Origin: Clostridia bacterium
Lineage (GTDB): Bacteria; Bacillota; Clostridia; Oscillospirales; SIG627
Assembly: GCA_017467865.1 (NCBI GenBank)
Contig: JAFUKG010000032.1
Span: 117,681 to 181,680 of the forward strand
Direction: 5' to 3'
Length of the DNA stretch: 64,000 nt
The position numbers and the translations under genes were made by a program. Positions within the stretch are counted from its first letter, which is position 1. Every line of letters starts with the position of its first letter. Under the pieces are notes generated by a model, which saw only the letters and a program-made list of their open reading frames with translations, ran no database searches and had not been told where the DNA came from. This document shows, piece by piece, positions 50,199 through 60,327 of this stretch.

Positions 50199-50243
50199 GA
50201 TTTTGCTTAAGGCAAAATCAACCACAATTATGCATTCTGCATT
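50199..50243. repeat. Member 4 of the dispersed hairpin-repeat family
   Basis: gattttgc-ttaag-gcaaaatc followed by caaccacaattatgcattctgcatt; same order and orientation as 22980..23029. Confidence 0.65.
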
Positions 50244-50251
50244 TCAAAAAA

Positions 50252-51469
50252 TCATTTCCCTCTGATGATATCGCCCTTTTTCACCGCAAAGGGCATTTTC
50301 AGATAAAAGAGCATACCCGCGTGAGGAGTTGACTCTATCGGTGTACCTTTTTCATCGGTCATGCCCAGTGCCTTGAAGGATACTCCCGTTTTACCGGGAG
50401 AAATGATTTCCGCTTCATTTTCAAGAAACATCTTGTTTCTCTGACGGCAAAGGGCAAGCCCCGTCTCTTCGTTATAATCCTCAACGGTAGCGAGGAACGA
50501 TTTTTCCTTTATATATCCGGGAATTGTGGCGAGATTGTTTTCGCTCTGGGGATGTGTGAAATAGTAGCCCGTGCAATATTCACGGTGTGACACAGAGTCA
50601 AGCTCTCTTTCAAGGGCGTCTGAGGTTATACCGCTGTTTTCACCGAAGTGGTTATCAAGAGCTATGCGATAAGCGTTTGTTACGACGGCGGTATAGTAGG
50701 CGCTCTTCATTCTGCCCTCGATTTTAAGACTGTCGATACCTGCCTTTACAAGCTCGGGTATATGTGACACCAAATTCATATCCTTTGACCCGAAGATATA
50801 GGTGCCCTCGGGGTGCATTTCGGCAGTTAACACGTCCTCGGGGCGCTTCTCCTCGGCGAAGTTATATATCCAACGGCAGGGCTGAGCACAAGCACCTCGG
50901 TTGGCGTCACGCCCGAGATAATACTCTGAAAGAAGGCATCTACCCGACACCGACACGCACATAGCTCCGTGTACGAAGGCTTCAAGCTCCAGCTCGGCGG
51001 GAGTTTTTGCACGAATGGTGGCAATATCGTCAAGGGATAATTCACGGGCGAGTACTACTCTCTTTGCGCCCATTTCGTGCCATACCCTGCAAGAAGCGTA
51101 GTTCATATTGGCTCCCTGAGTGGAAATGTGTATATCCACTTTGGGAAGTCTCTTCTTAACTGCCTCGAAAACACCTAAATCCGCCACGATAACAGCGTCT
51201 ATACCTGTGTCCGAAAGCTCTTCAAGATAAGCGTCAAGGAGTGGCATTTCGTCACTTCTCGGCATTGTGTTAAGAGTAAGGTAGGCTTTTTTATGTAAGG
51301 TGTGGAGATAATCCGCACCTTTTTTTATTTCATCTGTACTAAAGTTCCCTGCCGCCGCTCTCATTCCGAAGGAAGTACCTGCAAAGTAAACTGCATCGGC
51401 ACCGTAGCCTGCGGCAAAGGTCAGCTTTTCAAAGTTGCCTGCAGGGGAAAGTATTTCAGTTTTTTTCAT
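50252..51469 (-). CDS. Peptidase U32 family protein
   Basis: 405 aa with the U32 signature EAFVHGAMCVSVSGRCLLS. Confidence 0.85.
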   Translation of the reverse strand: MKKTEILSPAGNFEKLTFAAGYGADAVYFAGTSFGMRAAAGNFSTDEIKKGADYLHTLHKKAYLTLNTMPRSDEMPLLDAYLEELSDTGIDAVIVADLGVFEAVKKRLPKVDIHISTQGANMNYASCRVWHEMGAKRVVLARELSLDDIATIRAKTPAELELEAFVHGAMCVSVSGRCLLSEYYLGRDANRGACAQPCRWIYNFAEEKRPEDVLTAEMHPEGTYIFGSKDMNLVSHIPELVKAGIDSLKIEGRMKSAYYTAVVTNAYRIALDNHFGENSGITSDALERELDSVSHREYCTGYYFTHPQSENNLATIPGYIKEKSFLATVEDYNEETGLALCRQRNKMFLENEAEIISPGKTGVSFKALGMTDEKGTPIESTPHAGMLFYLKMPFAVKKGDIIRGK

Positions 51470-52869
51470 ATCATCTTCTCAAAAAATTCTTTTATTCCTC
51501 GGTACGCCGAGTAAACGTCAAGCTTGGATACCACCTCGAATGGCGCGTGCATGGACAGAACGGGAACGCCCACGTCAACTACGTCGATATTGCGGTTAGC
51601 CACGTACTGTGCCACAGTACCGCCGCCGCCGATATCCACCTTTCCAAGCTCAGCCATCTGCCAAATGACCCCGTTTTCGTCGAATATTTTTCTAAGCTCT
51701 GCCACGTATTCGGCAGACGCCTCGGAAGAACCGCTCTTTCCGCGGGCGCCCGTGTACTTGGTAACCACCAGACCGCAGTTGATATATGAAGCGTTGTTCT
51801 TTTCATAGACCTCTGCAAAGGCAGGGTCGAAGGCGGCGTTTACGTCGGCTGAAAGGCACTTGGAGTTTCTGAAAACAGTTTTAGGGTTTGCACCGCTGTC
51901 AAGAGCAAGCTCCTCTATAAAGTCGTAAAGATAGGAGCTGTTGAGTCCTGTGTTGCCCATACTGCCCACCTCTTCCTTATCGGTAAGGCAGACAATGAGA
52001 GTATGCTTGTTATTCTCGGAGTCAAAAAGCGCTCGAAGAGAGGGGTATGCGCACACTCTGTCGTCGTGACCGTAGGCTGAAATAAGGCTTCGGTCAAAGC
52101 CCACGTCTCTAGCCTTCCCTGCGGGGACAAGGGATATCTCGGCAGACAGAAAGTCCTCTTCTGAGATATCATATTTGTCATGAAGGAGCTTCAAGGTATT
52201 AAGCTTTACGGCATTCCCTGCTTTTTCGTCGTCAATAGGCTCAGAGCCTATGAGAATGTTGAGGCTTTCACCTGAAATTCCATCAGCAAGGGTCTTTTTT
52301 ACCTGCTCGGCGGCAAGGTGGGGAAGAAGGTCTGTAATATAGAATATAGGGTCATTTTCGCTTTCACCTATATTTATTTCCACGGTCTCACCGCTCTTCT
52401 TGATAACCACACCGTGCATAGCAAGAGGGAGGGTCACCCATTGATACTTCTTGATACCGCCGTAATAATGGGTATCGAGATACGCCATATTATCAGCTTC
52501 ATATACAGGGTTGGGCTTTAAATCAAGGCGGGGACAATCTATATGGGCGGCTGAAATAAGGACGCCCTTTTCTATGGGAGCACTGCCGAATTTTACGAAA
52601 ATTACGGCTTTGTTACGGTTGACAAGATAGACCTTGTCTCCCGCACTATATTTTTCTCCCGATTTCCACTCATTAAAGCCCTCTTTTTTGGCAATTTCAA
52701 GAGAGGTCTTTACCGCTTCCCTTTCGGTTTTAGATGAGTCGAGATATTTTTTATAGTCATCCGAAAATGCAAATGCCTTTTTAATTTCAGACTTCGGCAT
52801 TTCACGAAAGGCGTTTTTTCTTTTATATACAAGCTCTTTTTCAAGGGTCTCTATATCAGTCTTTTTCAT
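51466..52869 (-). CDS. M18-family aminopeptidase
   Basis: 467 aa. Contains ..ISAAHIDCPRLDLKP.. and ..ISAYGHDDRVCAY.., typical of M18 aminopeptidases. Confidence 0.75.
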   Translation of the reverse strand: MKKTDIETLEKELVYKRKNAFREMPKSEIKKAFAFSDDYKKYLDSSKTEREAVKTSLEIAKKEGFNEWKSGEKYSAGDKVYLVNRNKAVIFVKFGSAPIEKGVLISAAHIDCPRLDLKPNPVYEADNMAYLDTHYYGGIKKYQWVTLPLAMHGVVIKKSGETVEINIGESENDPIFYITDLLPHLAAEQVKKTLADGISGESLNILIGSEPIDDEKAGNAVKLNTLKLLHDKYDISEEDFLSAEISLVPAGKARDVGFDRSLISAYGHDDRVCAYPSLRALFDSENNKHTLIVCLTDKEEVGSMGNTGLNSSYLYDFIEELALDSGANPKTVFRNSKCLSADVNAAFDPAFAEVYEKNNASYINCGLVVTKYTGARGKSGSSEASAEYVAELRKIFDENGVIWQMAELGKVDIGGGGTVAQYVANRNIDVVDVGVPVLSMHAPFEVVSKLDVYSAYRGIKEFFEKMI

Positions 52870-53447
52870 TCTTTTTTCTCCTTTTCAAGCTGTTTAAAAT
52901 ATTTTTCTCTTATATCTCTCAGTTTATTCACGTAGTAGTCGGTAGCGTCAATGGGGATACCCACAAGCTGACCGTCCTCATAGTGCGCAGTACCCTCTTC
53001 AAGCCAGGAGTCCACTCTTCCAAAGCCTGCGTGATAAGCGGCGTGGGCGGCATCCCAATTCTCATATCTGTCATAAAGGATTTTCAAAAATTTTGCTCCG
53101 TAGCGCACGCTGAATTCGGGGTCGGTGAGAAGGGCTTCGTCATATTCTATTCCCTCTCTTTCGCAAAGCCATTTTGCGGTGTCGGGTAAAAGCTGCATGA
53201 GGCCAACTGCCCCCATTTCGCTTTTTGCATCTGCAACAAAGGAGCTTTCGGTGAAAATCACGGCGTAAAGTATATGCTCGGCAATTCCCTCTTCAAGAGA
53301 AACCCTTTCAACTATATCGCGGTACTCCAAAGGATAGACCTCTTCACGGTTCACTCTATATATAACCACAACTGCCACTATAAAAAGAAGCAGGGTGAAT
53401 ATGGCAAGAGTTATGACGGGCATGGGCTTAAGCTTTCTTCTTCTCAC
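52866..53447 (-). CDS. Lytic transglycosylase (SLT domain) with an N-terminal membrane anchor
   Basis: 193 aa with catalytic-region motifs FTESSF and GAVGLMQLLPDTA. Confidence 0.8.
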   Translation of the reverse strand: MRRRKLKPMPVITLAIFTLLLFIVAVVVIYRVNREEVYPLEYRDIVERVSLEEGIAEHILYAVIFTESSFVADAKSEMGAVGLMQLLPDTAKWLCEREGIEYDEALLTDPEFSVRYGAKFLKILYDRYENWDAAHAAYHAGFGRVDSWLEEGTAHYEDGQLVGIPIDATDYYVNKLRDIREKYFKQLEKEKKE

Positions 53448-54046
53448 TTTGCAATTCCCTCTCTTTCGGCAAAATCCAAAACCTTTTCCTCGAGTTCAAG
53501 GAGTCCTTTGTCATTTACTATAACAGCGTGGGAGCGTTTTATAAGCTCATTTTCGGACAGCTGTGAGGAAATTCTCTTTTCGGCAAGGATGCGTGTTATT
53601 CCGTCACGCTTTATAATTCTCTCTATTCTTTCTTCCTTGGGAGCGGTGACGGCAAGGGTCACGTCACATATCTTGTCAAGTCCGCTTTCAAAAAGAAGGG
53701 GTGCGTCGATGACCGCAAAGCGCTCTCCCTCTTCCTTTGCTCCGTCAAGCAATTCAAAAATACGCTTTTTTATGTAGCGGTGTGTTATTTCGGTGAGGGT
53801 TTGAAGCTTTTCTTTATCTGAAAATACTATCTCTCCTAACTTCTTTCGGTAGATTTCCCCATCTTCCGAGGCAATGCTGTCCCCAAAAACAGAGATGAGC
53901 TCTTTCGTGCAAGGGGTATTCTTCTCCATTACCTCACGGGAGACCTTATCGCAATCAATAACGTAAGCCCCCCTTGAGCGAAGTACCTCAAGAGCGGTAG
54001 TCTTTCCTGCTCCGCTTTGTCCCGAAACTCCGATAATCTTCATCAC
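53444..54046 (-). CDS. coaE: Dephospho-CoA kinase
   Basis: 200 aa with P-loop GVSGQSGAGKTT, plus ..IDCDKVSREV.. and ..AVIDAPLLFESG.. . Confidence 0.85.
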   Translation of the reverse strand: MMKIIGVSGQSGAGKTTALEVLRSRGAYVIDCDKVSREVMEKNTPCTKELISVFGDSIASEDGEIYRKKLGEIVFSDKEKLQTLTEITHRYIKKRIFELLDGAKEEGERFAVIDAPLLFESGLDKICDVTLAVTAPKEERIERIIKRDGITRILAEKRISSQLSENELIKRSHAVIVNDKGLLELEEKVLDFAEREGIAK

Positions 54047-55095
54047 TTTACCTCAACTACTGTATATCCCGATGCTTTTATAAGTCTGTTTACAATGGCA
54101 AGCCCAAGGTTGCTGTCCTCCGGTAGTCTTGCGTAAACTCTCTTTATTTCTTCTTTGGAGTCGAAGGCTCTCAGAGCGTCGAAAAGTCTATGCGCCATCT
54201 CCCCTTCATCCCTTTTGGAGCCGAGTATTTCTACTCTGTCACTTTCCTCTATTCCGTCCTCGCGGTAGCAGATAAGCCCCGTAGCACTGTCATCAAGGGC
54301 GCTCTTCATAAAGGAGACAACGTCTTTGTCTTCTCCCTTTAAAATAATCACCGAGGCACGGGGTGCGTAATGGCGGTACTTCATACCGGGAGCAAGGGGC
54401 TTTTCACCCGCTTCAAGCTTGCCCTTAACCGCCTTATCAACCGTAATATTCCCCAACGTATCCTCAAGCATTTCAAGAGTGACACCGCCGGGTCGAAGCA
54501 GGGTTACCCCCTCTTTTTTCAAAAGCACAATGGTAGATTCAAGTCCTACCTCGCACTCTCCCCCGTCGATTATCATATCCACTCTTCCCATCATATCCTC
54601 GATGACGTGGCAAGCCTTCGTGGGACTCGGTCTGCCCGAGGTGTTCGCCGAGGGGGCGGCAATGGGAACGCCCGACAGCTCGATAAGTCTTCTTGCAACG
54701 GGATGGGACGGAAGTCTTACTGCAACGGTATCCATACCTGCCGTTACGGTGTGGGGGATGATATCACGCTTTTTTTGTATTATCGTAACAGGGCCGGGGA
54801 CGAATTTCTCCTTGAGCTTTTCAAAGGCTTCCACGTTTTCTATGATACAATATTTTTCGTAGTCCTCTTTTTTTGCTATCTGAATAATAAGAGGATTGTC
54901 TGAGGGTCTGCCCTTAGCCGAATATATTCTCTCGGCAGCGGTAGAGTCGAGAGCGTTGGCGCCAAGTCCGTAGACTGTCTCTGTGGGGAAGGCTACAAGG
55001 CCTCCTCTTTTTATTATTTCGGCAGCCTGGGTAAGCTCTTTTTCAAAGTCCTCTAATCTGCCGGGGTCAACGTGAACTACTTTCGTTTCCATCAA
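54043..55095 (-). CDS. tsaC: L-threonylcarbamoyladenylate synthase (Sua5/YwlC type, with the Sua5 C-terminal domain)
   Basis: 350 aa. Contains ..[19 protein letters not shown].. and ..[11 protein letters not shown].. . Confidence 0.85.
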   Translation of the reverse strand: MMETKVVHVDPGRLEDFEKELTQAAEIIKRGGLVAFPTETVYGLGANALDSTAAERIYSAKGRPSDNPLIIQIAKKEDYEKYCIIENVEAFEKLKEKFVPGPVTIIQKKRDIIPHTVTAGMDTVAVRLPSHPVARRLIELSGVPIAAPSANTSGRPSPTKACHVIEDMMGRVDMIIDGGECEVGLESTIVLLKKEGVTLLRPGGVTLEMLEDTLGNITVDKAVKGKLEAGEKPLAPGMKYRHYAPRASVIILKGEDKDVVSFMKSALDDSATGLICYREDGIEESDRVEILGSKRDEGEMAHRLFDALRAFDSKEEIKRVYARLPEDSNLGLAIVNRLIKASGYTVVEVK

Positions 55096-56159
55096 AATTC
55101 ACCGTTAGCAAGCTTTTCGGCGGTGTCTGCCGCCGCAAGAGCTTCAATAATAGGTGTTATTGCACCGTTTAAAATATTTTCAAGGTTATAAAGAGTGAGT
55201 CCTATTCTGTGATCGGTAACTCTTCCCTGAGGGTAGTTATAGGTTCTGATGCGCTCGCTTCTGTCTCCCGTTCCAACCTGACTCTTACGCTCGGATGCAA
55301 GGGCGCTGTTCTGCTCCTCAAGCTTCTTTTCGTAAAGCTTGGTGCGCATTATCTTCATTGCTTTATCGCGGTTTTTATACTGGCTTCTCTCATCCTGACA
55401 CTCTACTACAATTCCCGTGGGCTTGTGTATCATACGGATAGCCGAGTCGGTCTTATTTACGTGCTGACCGCCTGCACCCGACGCTCTGTGTGCCTCTATT
55501 TCAAGGTCGGCAGGATTGAGCTCAACGTCTACTTCCTCTGCCTCGGGAAGAACGGCTACCGTGACTGTTGAGGTGTGTATTCTGCCCTGAGCCTCAGTTT
55601 CGGGAACTCTCTGTACTCGGTGAACACCGCTTTCGTACTTCATTCTTGAGTAAGCGCCCTCACCGCTTATCATAAAGGACACTTCCTTAAAGCCGCCAAG
55701 CTCTGTTTCGTTGGCACTGACAAGCTCGGTCTTAAAGCCTTGGGAGTCGGCGTACATATTATACATTCTGTAAAGGACGTAGGAGAAAAGCGCCGCTTCC
55801 TCACCCCCTGCTCCGCCTCGAATTTCAACCACAACGTTTCTGTCGTCGTTCTCATCTCGGGGAAGAAGAAGGATTTTTAATTCCTCGGTTATCTTCTCCA
55901 TCTCTTCCTTGGCAGTTACTATCTCCTCTTCGGCAAGGGCTTTCATCTCCCCTTCCTCGATTTCAAGAAGCTCCTCCGCCTCTGCCTTGTTCTTCTGCCA
56001 GGTCTTATACTCGCGGTACTTCTCGGTAATGGGAGAGAGCACCTTGTATTCCTTGGTAAGCTTTCGGTATTCATCCTGATCATTCATAACCTCTGGAAGA
56101 GAAAGCTTCTCCTCTATCTCCACAAATCTCTTTTCGGTATCCTCAAGTCTCTTAAACAT
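55092..56159 (-). CDS. prfA: Peptide chain release factor 1
   Basis: 355 aa with the GGQ motif ([16 protein letters not shown]) and an RF1-type PxT tripeptide ([14 protein letters not shown]). Confidence 0.93.
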   Translation of the reverse strand: MFKRLEDTEKRFVEIEEKLSLPEVMNDQDEYRKLTKEYKVLSPITEKYREYKTWQKNKAEAEELLEIEEGEMKALAEEEIVTAKEEMEKITEELKILLLPRDENDDRNVVVEIRGGAGGEEAALFSYVLYRMYNMYADSQGFKTELVSANETELGGFKEVSFMISGEGAYSRMKYESGVHRVQRVPETEAQGRIHTSTVTVAVLPEAEEVDVELNPADLEIEAHRASGAGGQHVNKTDSAIRMIHKPTGIVVECQDERSQYKNRDKAMKIMRTKLYEKKLEEQNSALASERKSQVGTGDRSERIRTYNYPQGRVTDHRIGLTLYNLENILNGAITPIIEALAAADTAEKLANGEF

Positions 56160-56165
56160 ACAGTC

Positions 56166-56363
56166 TTATTTCCTTTCTTCGCCCTCAGGTGTGATAACTC
56201 GCTTTACTCCCTTTTCAAGCTTGACTCTGGCAACGGTAACCTCTCTTGAACAGCCAAGGCATTTGACCTTGATGTCACTGCCAACTCTCAACACCTGAAA
56301 GGTACTCTCACCGCAAGGGTGCTTCTTTTTCATTTCCAGGGTATCTCCCACAAGCATTATCAT
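56166..56363 (-). CDS. DUF951-family small protein
   Basis: Start moved to ATG 56363, which follows aggtga. Contains ..KKKHPCGESTFQVLRVGSDIKVKCLGCSREV.., typical of DUF951. Confidence 0.7.
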   Translation of the reverse strand: MIMLVGDTLEMKKKHPCGESTFQVLRVGSDIKVKCLGCSREVTVARVKLEKGVKRVITPEGEERK

Positions 56364-56528
56364 AAATATCACCTAAACATAATTATTCATTATATTGTAA
56401 CACATAAAACCGTTTTTGAAAATAGGTAAAATTAAAAAACATGAAAAGTATGTCATTTTATTCACCTGTTGCTAAAACTGTCACACAAAAAATAAAAATA
56501 TAAGTAAAGATATACCCCCCAATTAAAG

Positions 56529-56557
56529 TTGACCCGTTTTATAATTTATGATATAAT
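56529..56557 (+). promoter_or_regulatory. Near-consensus promoter of the Cys/His-rich lipoprotein gene
   Basis: TTGACC (56529..56534), 17-nt spacer, TATAAT (56552..56557). SD aaggggg precedes the ATG at 56579. Confidence 0.55.
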
Positions 56558-56578
56558 AATACAAAAGGGGGACTCACT

Positions 56579-57247
56579 ATGAAAAGAACAGCTTTTTTAA
56601 TATTAATATTACTCTCAGTTTTGACAGTTTTTCTCTTTTCGGGGTGCACTGCATCTGCTCCCGTGAAAAACACACCCGTTCTTCCTCTTGAACCGACGGA
56701 AGAATCATTGGTTCCCAGTGTTACGGTGACCGAGCTTTGTGACGTTTGCAAAAGTGACGTAAAAATCGGAAGTCACGGCGAAGCATCTTGCGGGGTTAAG
56801 GGACACTTTGTCTGCGACTCACTTCTTCACGGGGTGCCTTTATGCAACAACACGTCTCACTGCATCTCCGACGGGCTTAACCACGAAAAAGCCGACTGCC
56901 TTGCCCCTCATCACTACAACTGCCGCGGGGACCATGGTATAGCATCCTGCGGTATATCATATCACAGGCTTTGCGACGGCATAAGCCATGCACCTATGCC
57001 CTGCGGATACAACTGGCATTGTATATCGGACGGACTGCCTCACCTTCCCGCTTCCTGCGGAGTCGACGGACACTTTGAATGCTTTGAAAATCACGCCCCT
57101 GCCGTTTGCGGTGCCGAAGGACATCTAAACTGTGACGGCAGAATACACGCTACCCGCCCTTGTAAAATAGCGGGACATTGCTACTCCGACGGGCTCGACC
57201 ACTCCTATATTTACGTGAATGGAGAAAAGAAATTTCTTTGTGAATAA
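56579..57247 (+). CDS. Cys/His-rich tandem-repeat lipoprotein, no recognisable family
   Basis: 222 aa with lipobox LFSGC. Repeats of 17-18 aa fit C-G-x3-H-x2-C-D-G-x2-H-x4. HC(I/Y)SDGL(N/P/D)H recurs at residues 94, 147 and 200, exactly 53 aa apart. Confidence 0.7.
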   Translation: MKRTAFLILILLSVLTVFLFSGCTASAPVKNTPVLPLEPTEESLVPSVTVTELCDVCKSDVKIGSHGEASCGVKGHFVCDSLLHGVPLCNNTSHCISDGLNHEKADCLAPHHYNCRGDHGIASCGISYHRLCDGISHAPMPCGYNWHCISDGLPHLPASCGVDGHFECFENHAPAVCGAEGHLNCDGRIHATRPCKIAGHCYSDGLDHSYIYVNGEKKFLCE

Positions 57248-57278
57248 AAAGGAGAGTTCTTCTGAACTCTCCTTTTTA
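57247..57278. terminator. Bidirectional terminator between the Cys/His lipoprotein gene and ppiB
   Basis: Stem-loop ggagagttc-ttct-gaactctcc flanked by A4 and T5 runs. Confidence 0.7.
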
Positions 57279-57764
57279 TTATTCAACCGTTATACTTTCA
57301 ATCGTCTGGTCAATCTGAGGGCGGTCACGCATATCGGTGCGGACAGAAGCTATTCTGTCAACAACCTCAATGCCCTCCACTACCTTACCGAAGGCGGCAT
57401 ACTGTCCGTCAAGGTGAGGGGCGTCGGCGTGCATAATAAAGAACTGACTTCCTGCGGAATCGGGGTTCATGGAGCGCGCCATCGAAATAACGCCTCTTGT
57501 GTGCTTCAAGGGGTTTTGTACGCCGTTCATAGCGAATTCTCCCTTAATAGAGTAACCGGGGTTACCCATTCCCGTTCCCTCGGGGCATCCGCCCTGAATC
57601 ATAAAGCCTGCGATAACTCTGTGAAAAATAAGTCCGTTATAAAAGCCCTCGTTTGCAAGCTTTACAAAGTTTTCAACAGTTATGGGGGCCGTGTCGGGAT
57701 AAAGCTCAAGCTTCATCACACCGCCGTCTGCCATTGTAATAGTTACGTTTTTAATCTCTGCCAT
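57279..57764 (-). CDS. ppiB: Cyclophilin-type peptidyl-prolyl cis-trans isomerase
   Basis: 161 aa. Contains ..FHRVIAGFMIQGGCP.. and ..MARSMNPDSAGSQFFIM.. . Confidence 0.9.
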   Translation of the reverse strand: MAEIKNVTITMADGGVMKLELYPDTAPITVENFVKLANEGFYNGLIFHRVIAGFMIQGGCPEGTGMGNPGYSIKGEFAMNGVQNPLKHTRGVISMARSMNPDSAGSQFFIMHADAPHLDGQYAAFGKVVEGIEVVDRIASVRTDMRDRPQIDQTIESITVE

Positions 57765-57767
57765 TTC

Positions 57768-58001
57768 TTACCTCTGCTTTGCATCAAGATAGTCTACAAG
57801 GTCACCGATAGTTATAAGACTGTGGATGTCCTGCTCTTCGATTTCAACGTCGAACTTGTCCTCGCAAAGAACTACAAGGTCTGCAAGCTCAAGAGAGTTA
57901 AGCTTTAAGTCGTTAACGAATTCTGCGTCAAGGGTTATAAGCTCCTCGTCAACGTCAAGCTCCTCGATAAGAGCATTTTTAATTTCCTCAAACATGGTCA
58001 T
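57768..58001 (-). CDS. Acyl carrier protein
   Basis: 77 aa, acidic. The phosphopantetheine-site context is DLKLNSLELADLV. ATGA overlap with the ligase gene. Confidence 0.75.
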   Translation of the reverse strand: MTMFEEIKNALIEELDVDEELITLDAEFVNDLKLNSLELADLVVLCEDKFDVEIEEQDIHSLITIGDLVDYLDAKQR

Positions 58002-59710
58002 TCTCCTTTGATACGTTTAATCTTTTTGGTAGTAGTTTTTTCAAACTCTGTCTTTCTTATCTCAATGCCTCTGACTTGTTTAAAAATCGGAAGCTTCTTA
58101 TTGAGCTCTTGTATTTCACGCTTTATCGTGTCTGAAATTACGGTAATATCTTCCATGCCCATTTCTTCCGCCTTATCAAAATTGGGGAAAATCTGGGCTG
58201 TTATAACGGTTTCTCCCGAAGCGTTGGGCTTACCTACCACAACGCATTCCGAAACAAGCTCTATTCTGTAAATATGCTCTTCTATTTCCTCGGGGTAAAC
58301 GTTCTTTCCATTATCGAGAATAATTATATTCTTCTTTCTGCCCGTGATGTAGATAAAACCGTCCTCGTCGATATATCCTATATCTCCGGTAGAAAACCAG
58401 CCGTCCTCGTCGATAGCCTCATGAGTGAGGTCGGGGGCTTTGTAGTAGCCCTTCATAACGTTGTCGCCTCTCACAACTATCTCACCCTCGGTATCCTCGG
58501 GGTTTTCTTTATCAATTCTCACCTCAACTCCGTGAACGGCAAGTCCCACGGAGGCATACTTCTTCCAATGGAAGGGACAAACCGATACAAGGGGTGAACA
58601 CTCTGTAATTCCATAGCCTTGAACAAGGTTAATTCCCACGTCCTCAAAGCCCTTTACGTATTCGGGTGAAAGCGCGGCACCTCCGCATACCACCTTCTTA
58701 AGCTTTCCGCCGAAGGCAGCGGTCACCTGACCGAAAAGCATTCCTCTAAGGTCAAGCCCTGTGTGTCTGAGCACGTTTGAAAGGGCAATACCACGCTTCA
58801 ATTTCTTCTCCTGATTGTTCTTTTTCGCGGTATCCCAAATTCTCTTATAAACGGTGGTTACAAAGAGGGGCACGAGAATAAGAACTGTGGGCTTAAAGAC
58901 CTTGAAGTTCCTCAAAAGATGCTTCATACTGTCGTTAATACAAACGGTAGCGCCTACAAGCATAGGTGTGAGTATTCCGCAGGTCATCTCATAGGTATGA
59001 TGTGTAGGAAGCACCGACAAAAGCACGTCGGTGGGATGGAACTCCAACATTGCTGAAGATGAATTTATAGACGATGCGATATTCTTATGGCTGAGAAGGA
59101 CGCCCTTAGAGGTGCCCGTTGTACCCGATGTGAATATAATAACGGCATCCGCCTCGCGGTCAATTTCAACGTCAAGGAAGTCTGTTACGTCCTCGCGAAG
59201 AAGTCTCTTCCCCTTTGCAATAAGCTCTTCGGTAGTTATAAATTTTTCATTTTTCTTTTCTTCATACTCTTTTCCCATTTTAATAAAATAGGAAATGTCG
59301 GTCTCGTCTGCAATTCTTTCAAAATACTCCTGAAAGCGTTCCGAATAAACTACTGCAGATACTTCGGCAATTTCAAGAAAATTCTTTATTTCTTCCTCGG
59401 AAAGCTCCTTGTCAAGGGGCACAATAACTCCACCGCCGTTGACGGTGGCAAGGTAGGTTGCTATCCAATCCTTTGAGGTTTCGCCTATAACGGCGATGTG
59501 CTTGCCCTGGAGTCCCATCTGAAAGAATGCTGTGCCAAGGCGGTCTATATATTTATCAATATCGTTAAACGTTACGTCAATAATTTCTTCTTTTGCTTCT
59601 CCCTTATAGCGGAGATAAACGTTATCGCCGTGAATTTCGGCAGCAGATTTAACAAGATGCTTTAAGTCGGTGACAGTTCTGCTCTCGTGGGTAGGGTATC
59701 CTTTTTTCAT
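57998..59710 (-). CDS. AMP-dependent acyl-CoA/acyl-ACP synthetase (long-chain fatty acid ligase-like)
   Basis: Start moved to ATG 59710, which follows aaaggaga. AMP-binding motif IIFTSGTTGTSKGV, plus ..GYGITE.. and ..WFSTGDIGYIDEDG.. . Confidence 0.85.
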   Translation of the reverse strand: MKKGYPTHESRTVTDLKHLVKSAAEIHGDNVYLRYKGEAKEEIIDVTFNDIDKYIDRLGTAFFQMGLQGKHIAVIGETSKDWIATYLATVNGGGVIVPLDKELSEEEIKNFLEIAEVSAVVYSERFQEYFERIADETDISYFIKMGKEYEEKKNEKFITTEELIAKGKRLLREDVTDFLDVEIDREADAVIIFTSGTTGTSKGVLLSHKNIASSINSSSAMLEFHPTDVLLSVLPTHHTYEMTCGILTPMLVGATVCINDSMKHLLRNFKVFKPTVLILVPLFVTTVYKRIWDTAKKNNQEKKLKRGIALSNVLRHTGLDLRGMLFGQVTAAFGGKLKKVVCGGAALSPEYVKGFEDVGINLVQGYGITECSPLVSVCPFHWKKYASVGLAVHGVEVRIDKENPEDTEGEIVVRGDNVMKGYYKAPDLTHEAIDEDGWFSTGDIGYIDEDGFIYITGRKKNIIILDNGKNVYPEEIEEHIYRIELVSECVVVGKPNASGETVITAQIFPNFDKAEEMGMEDITVISDTIKREIQELNKKLPIFKQVRGIEIRKTEFEKTTTKKIKRIKGE

Positions 59711-59853
59711 AACTTCTCCTTTCAAACATCTACCAATGAACATTATATTGACTTTACACGCTTTTGTCAAGTTTTAGGTGGAAATTTTGTTTTTCGCTTT
59801 ACATTGCGGACACATTGTGTTAATATAATTATTAGCAAAAAGCGAGGTATAAT

Positions 59854-60327
59854 ATGGAAAACAAACTTCACATAAACATAGTTCTTCACGAGCCCGAAAT
59901 TCCCCAGAATACGGGAAATATAGCACGTACCTGTGCTGTGACGGGGGCAAGCTTACATCTTATCGAGCCTCTCGGGTTTGAGATTGACAGTGCGAAATTA
60001 AAGCGTGCGGGGCTTGACTATTGGGACAAGCTTGACGTACACCGTTATAAATCAATAGATGAATTTTTTGAAAAAAACGAGGGTGAATTTTTCTTCTTCA
60101 CCACCAAGACCGAAAAGAGCTTTGCCGACGTATCCTACCGCGGCAACGTCTATCTCATCTTCGGCAAGGAGACAAAGGGACTTCCCAAAGAGCTCATCTA
60201 CGCTCACCGGGACAGAGCTGTAAGGATACCCATGCGAAACACTCTCAGATGCCTTAACCTCTCCAACTCCGCCGCCGTTGCGGTCTATGAGGTCTTACGG
60301 CAGAATTCATATCCCGATATGATATGA
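59854..60327 (+). CDS. trmL: tRNA (cytidine/uridine-34 2'-O)-methyltransferase, SpoU/TrmL type
   Basis: 157 aa. Contains ..HEPEIPQNTGNIARTCAVTGASLHLIEPLGF.. and ..IFGKETKGLP.. . Confidence 0.85.
   Translation: MENKLHINIVLHEPEIPQNTGNIARTCAVTGASLHLIEPLGFEIDSAKLKRAGLDYWDKLDVHRYKSIDEFFEKNEGEFFFFTTKTEKSFADVSYRGNVYLIFGKETKGLPKELIYAHRDRAVRIPMRNTLRCLNLSNSAAVAVYEVLRQNSYPDMI

Noticed and set aside
57219-57908. 229-aa + strand ORF antisense to ppiB and the ACP gene
   Set aside because: It spans a bidirectional terminator and two well supported - strand genes. It has no SD and no motifs.
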